From positions 96,001 to 160,000 of the forward strand of contig JAXHMG010000003.1 of NCBI GenBank assembly GCA_034521595.1: 64,000 nt of DNA, in the 5' to 3' direction. The DNA comes from Gemmatimonadota bacterium. GTDB lineage: Bacteria; Gemmatimonadota; Gemmatimonadetes; Longimicrobiales; Gaopeijiaceae. This document shows, in pieces, positions 60,270-64,000 of the stretch (the first letter of the stretch is position 1; the number at the start of each line of letters is the position of its first letter). The notes below the pieces were generated by a model, which saw only the letters and a program-made list of their open reading frames with translations, ran no database searches and was not told the origin of the DNA. The position numbers and the translations under genes were made by a program.

Positions 60270-61916
60270 ATGATGCGTGTCCTACTCCGAGCGTCCGTCT
60301 GCGCGGCTCTGATCTCGACTTCCGCGGGGCTCGCTCCACTCTCCGCCTCCGCCCAGCAGCTTCCGGAGACCTGGCAGGAGCAGGAGAACTTCCGGTCGGG
60401 TCCGACCCCGTTCGAGCCGCTCATGGAGTTCTGGTACGAGCTCGACCGGATGAGCGAGATCGTGAGCATGCAGCCGCTCACCCGGACGCTGCTCGACCGC
60501 GAGTTCAACCTGGTGACGATCGCGGACCCGATGATCACGACGCCGGAGGACGCGCTCCGTTCCGGCAAGACCGTGGTGCTCCTGGCTCCCTCCGTGCACG
60601 GGGGGGAGGTCTCGCCCAAGGAGGCGGTGCAGCTCGTCGCGAAAGAGCTCGTGGGTGGTGACCTCCGGAGCCTGCTCGAGGACGTGATCGTGCTCGCGAT
60701 CCCGCTCATCAATCCGGACGGCGGGGAGGTGCAGCGGAGGACCAACGAAGCCGGTTACGACATGAACCGGGACTACGTGAAGCTCGAGACCCAGGAGATC
60801 CACGCGCTCGTCACGCAGGTGATGAACGAGTGGACGCCGGATATCCACGTCGACGGGCACCACGGGGGATCGCCGCCGTACGTGATTACCTACCAGGGGA
60901 CGCTGAACCCGGCGGCCGACGACGAGCTCCGGGCCTATCCCTACGAGCACATCTTCCCGCGTATTCGGGAGGCGGTCGCCGCCGAGGGATATGAGGCTTT
61001 CGACTATTCGGGCGTGCGAACCGTGAATGGACAGCGGGGCTGGGGCTCGACCTCGATAGAGCCGAGGAAGCACCACGTCTACACCGGGCTCACCAACTCC
61101 ATCGGAATCTTGCTGGAGACCCCGAACGCCAACACCCTCGTCCGAAACGGGGCCCTCGAGGAGATCCCCGAGGAGGAGCGGTACTTCCACCAGATCCGCG
61201 GTGGCGTGTTGGCCACGACGGCGATCCTCGAGGCCGCCGCGGAGCAGCGCGACCAGATCCGAGGCGTCACGACGGGCTCACGCATGCGGGCCATCGAGGC
61301 GGGCGCGAGTGGCGGGGACCCGATCGTGCTCGATTACGAGCTCGTTTCGAGGGGCACCGAGCCGGTCTGGATGCCGAGTGAAGATGCGCCGATGGGCTAT
61401 TCCCTCGAGGACGTGCCGGTATTTCTCCGCTGGGAGACTACGCGCACGACGTCCCGCCCCGTGGGCTACCTGATGCCCCCGGCGATGGCGTCGGTCGTGC
61501 CGCTTCTCCAGGACCACGACATCGCCGTCTACCGGTTCCGGGAGGCCGCGACCCTGGACTCGGAGGTGTACTACGCGACCGACGTGCGCGTGGACAGTTA
61601 CTTCCAGGGGCACTACCTGAAGTCGGTCGAAGCGGAGAAGGTGCCCGAGCAGGTGGATGTCGCCCCCGGGTGGTTCTGGATCCCCACGGCACAATCACGC
61701 GCGAACCTCATCAGCTACATCTTCGAGCCGGAGACGGACGACAACCTCATCACGTGGGGGTGGGCGGATCACGTCGTCGAGGTGACGGAAGATGGTGAGG
61801 AGGACGAGCGCCAACGGATCCCGATGATACGGGTGATGGATCATCAGCCGATCCCGGCTACCGAGATCCAACCCTTCAACATGTACCAGCGCAACCGCTT
61901 CTTCCAACCGAATTGA
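60270..61916 (+). CDS. M14-family zinc carboxypeptidase (secreted)
   Basis: VHGGE (HxxE), INPDG, RTN...DMNRDY, DGHH, LLETP; signal peptide. Confidence 0.85.
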   Translation: MMRVLLRASVCAALISTSAGLAPLSASAQQLPETWQEQENFRSGPTPFEPLMEFWYELDRMSEIVSMQPLTRTLLDREFNLVTIADPMITTPEDALRSGKTVVLLAPSVHGGEVSPKEAVQLVAKELVGGDLRSLLEDVIVLAIPLINPDGGEVQRRTNEAGYDMNRDYVKLETQEIHALVTQVMNEWTPDIHVDGHHGGSPPYVITYQGTLNPAADDELRAYPYEHIFPRIREAVAAEGYEAFDYSGVRTVNGQRGWGSTSIEPRKHHVYTGLTNSIGILLETPNANTLVRNGALEEIPEEERYFHQIRGGVLATTAILEAAAEQRDQIRGVTTGSRMRAIEAGASGGDPIVLDYELVSRGTEPVWMPSEDAPMGYSLEDVPVFLRWETTRTTSRPVGYLMPPAMASVVPLLQDHDIAVYRFREAATLDSEVYYATDVRVDSYFQGHYLKSVEAEKVPEQVDVAPGWFWIPTAQSRANLISYIFEPETDDNLITWGWADHVVEVTEDGEEDERQRIPMIRVMDHQPIPATEIQPFNMYQRNRFFQPN

Positions 61917-62797
61917 TCGGCGGCTGCGACGAGGTGCGCTCTCCTTCAGGCGCGTGGCGTTCTCTGCTGTTCTTTCCCGCGACGCGTCCGGACCGCTACG
62001 AGAAGGCGCTCGAGACGGGCGCGGATATGGTGTGCGCCGACCTCGAGGACGCGGTCGCCCGCGACGCCAAGGGCGAGGCGCGCGCTCGCGCGGCCGAGTT
62101 GCTTCGGGATGGACCGTGGCGAGCCGAGCGCGCGGCGATCCGCATCAACGCCGTCGACTCGGAAACAGGCCGGCGAGACCTCGAAGAGGTGACCGCGGCG
62201 TGGGCGGCGGGGTCCCACGGCGAGCCGCTCACCCTGGTCATACCCAAGGTGTCCGGCGCCGCCGACGTGGGGCAGGTGCGCGAGGCCGCGCGTGGGGCGG
62301 GGATCACGGTGCGCGCGATCGCGATGATCGAGTCCGCTTCCGGGTTGGAGAACGCGGCGGCGATCGCGCGGGCGCCGTCGGTCGTGGCCCTGTTGCTGGG
62401 CGCCGTCGATCTGGCCGCGGACCTCGGGTGCGACCTCGACTGGGAGGCGCTGCTTTACGCCCGTGGGCGGGTGGTCCACGCGGCCGCCTTGGGCAGAGTA
62501 CCCACCCTCGACGTGCCCTCGCTCGAGCTCGACGATCCGGCCGGCCTCGCGGCCCACACTCGGGCCGTTGCCCGCCTCGGCTTTTCGGGCAAGGCGGCTA
62601 TTCATCCGCGGCAGATCGCGCCCATACACGAGGCTCTCGCTCCGACCGCGGAGGAGCTGCGGCGTGCGCGAGCGATTCTGGACGCGTACGAGCGCGCGGG
62701 GGAAGGGGTGTTTTCATTCGAAGGAACCATGGTGGACCGGCCGGTCGTGGAGGCCGCCCGGAAGACCGTCCATAGAGCTGGAGACGCGAACGAATGA
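61913..62797 (+). CDS. CitE/HpcH-family CoA-ester lyase
   Basis: RSLLFFPA, DLEDAV, RIN, IPKV, MIESA, GAVDL, GKAAIHP.Q, MVDRPV. Confidence 0.88.
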   Translation: MIGGCDEVRSPSGAWRSLLFFPATRPDRYEKALETGADMVCADLEDAVARDAKGEARARAAELLRDGPWRAERAAIRINAVDSETGRRDLEEVTAAWAAGSHGEPLTLVIPKVSGAADVGQVREAARGAGITVRAIAMIESASGLENAAAIARAPSVVALLLGAVDLAADLGCDLDWEALLYARGRVVHAAALGRVPTLDVPSLELDDPAGLAAHTRAVARLGFSGKAAIHPRQIAPIHEALAPTAEELRRARAILDAYERAGEGVFSFEGTMVDRPVVEAARKTVHRAGDANE

Positions 62798-63942
62798 CCG
62801 GAGTGGACGAGGAGCTGAGGGCGCAGGTCCGCAAGCTTTGCGCCGAGTACGATCAGGAATACTGGCGTCGGCTCGATCGAGCTCGGGCCTACCCCGAGGC
62901 GTTCGTGGACGCGCTCACGTCGGCCGGGTACCTGGCGTGCCTTATTCCGGAGGCGTACGGCGGCGCGGGGCTCGGGATGCGCGAGGCCGCGGCGATCCTG
63001 GAGGAGATCAACCGCTCGGGGGCGAACGGGGCGGCCTGCCACGCCCAGATGTATACGATGGGGACTCTCCTCCGCCACGGCTCCGAAGAACAGAAGCGGC
63101 GCTGGCTTCCGGACGTCGCCTCGGGAGAGCTGCGCTTGCAAGCCTTCGCGGTTACCGAGCCCGATGCGGGCTCCGATACCACGCGTATCTCGACGTTCGC
63201 CGAACGCAAGGGCGATCGGTACGTCGTGCGCGGTCAGAAGATCTTCATCTCGCGGGTGCAGCACTCGGACTTGATGGTGCTGCTGGCACGGACCACGCCC
63301 ATCGACGAGGTCGAGAAGCGCACCGACGGCCTGAGCGTCTTCGTCGTCGACCTGCGCGAGGCGGGGGACGCCCTCCGTGTGGTTCCCGTGGATACGATGG
63401 TCAACCACGAGACCAACGAGGTGTTCTTCGACGAGCTGGAGGTACCGGCCGACAATCTGATCGGGGAGGAGGGGAAGGGATTCCGCTACATCCTCGGCGG
63501 GATGAACGCCGAGCGGATCCTTCTCGCTTCGGAGTCGGTGGGAGACGCCCTCTACTTCGTGGACAAGGCTTGCGCCTACGCCGGTGAGCGGGTGGTCTTC
63601 TCGCGGCCCATCGGACAGAACCAGGGCGTGCAGTTCCCGCTCGCCGCAGCGTACACTCGGACCATGGGAGCCGCCGCCCTGCGGGATCGGGCGGTCGAGC
63701 TCTACGAAGCCGACCTCGCCTGCGGGGCGGAGGCCAACATGTGCAAGTACCTTGCCTCCGAAGCCGCCTGGGAAGCAGGGAATGCCGCGATGGACACCTT
63801 CGGCGGCTACGGGCTGGCCGAAGAGTACGGGATCGAGCGGAAGTTCCGCGAGGCGCGGCTGTACCTCGTGGCTCCGGTCGCGAACAACCTCGTGCTCGCC
63901 CATGTTGCCCAGCACGTGCTGGGTCTTCCTCGCTCCTTCTGA
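62794..63942 (+). CDS. Acyl-CoA dehydrogenase
   Basis: IPEAYGG.G, AFAVTEPDAGSD, GQKIFIS, GEEGKGF, FGGYG. Confidence 0.92.
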   Translation: MTGVDEELRAQVRKLCAEYDQEYWRRLDRARAYPEAFVDALTSAGYLACLIPEAYGGAGLGMREAAAILEEINRSGANGAACHAQMYTMGTLLRHGSEEQKRRWLPDVASGELRLQAFAVTEPDAGSDTTRISTFAERKGDRYVVRGQKIFISRVQHSDLMVLLARTTPIDEVEKRTDGLSVFVVDLREAGDALRVVPVDTMVNHETNEVFFDELEVPADNLIGEEGKGFRYILGGMNAERILLASESVGDALYFVDKACAYAGERVVFSRPIGQNQGVQFPLAAAYTRTMGAAALRDRAVELYEADLACGAEANMCKYLASEAAWEAGNAAMDTFGGYGLAEEYGIERKFREARLYLVAPVANNLVLAHVAQHVLGLPRSF

Positions 63943-64000
63943 CGGTTGGCGGCCGCATGACGTCCACATCCGGAAACCCGTCCGAGCTCGAGAGCGTGCT

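Noticed and set aside
63957-64000. Start of a further ORF (MTSTSGNPSELESV...)
   Set aside because: Truncated by the window edge; too short to assign

Overview
High-GC (~68-70%) bacterial chromosomal window; the gene content and style suggest Gemmatimonadota/Longimicrobiales-like, which is an inference. It is mostly housekeeping and metabolic genes: asparaginase, cspA, cysK, two cyclophilins, msrA, ALDH, dnaE, oligopeptidase A, tRNA-Ile, metZ-metA, DEAD helicase, ilvE, sirtuin, purEK, thrA, CitE and an acyl-CoA dehydrogenase. There is no transposase, integrase, CRISPR array or rRNA. Several features are missed or not explained by the ORF track. (1) Two copies of a non-coding element with 31-33 bp terminal inverted repeats (4653-4930, 8522-8906). 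Each has two opposite-strand, covarying kink-turn-like arms, and in the longer copy five ~4-nt linkers are replaced by 24-28 nt GACC-hairpin-GGTGCCC modules. (2) An ArsC/Spx-fold ORF with an in-frame UGA in a UxxC motif followed by a SECIS-like hairpin, i.e. a probable selenoprotein (1392-1742). (3) A leader-peptide attenuator in front of ilvE. (4) An NsrR-like regulator/group III truncated haemoglobin/secreted CxxCH protein operon with a perfect palindromic operator. (5) An orphan KaiB-like gene coupled to a hybrid kinase inside a c-di-GMP signalling cluster. All product calls come from motif recognition by eye; no database searches were run.
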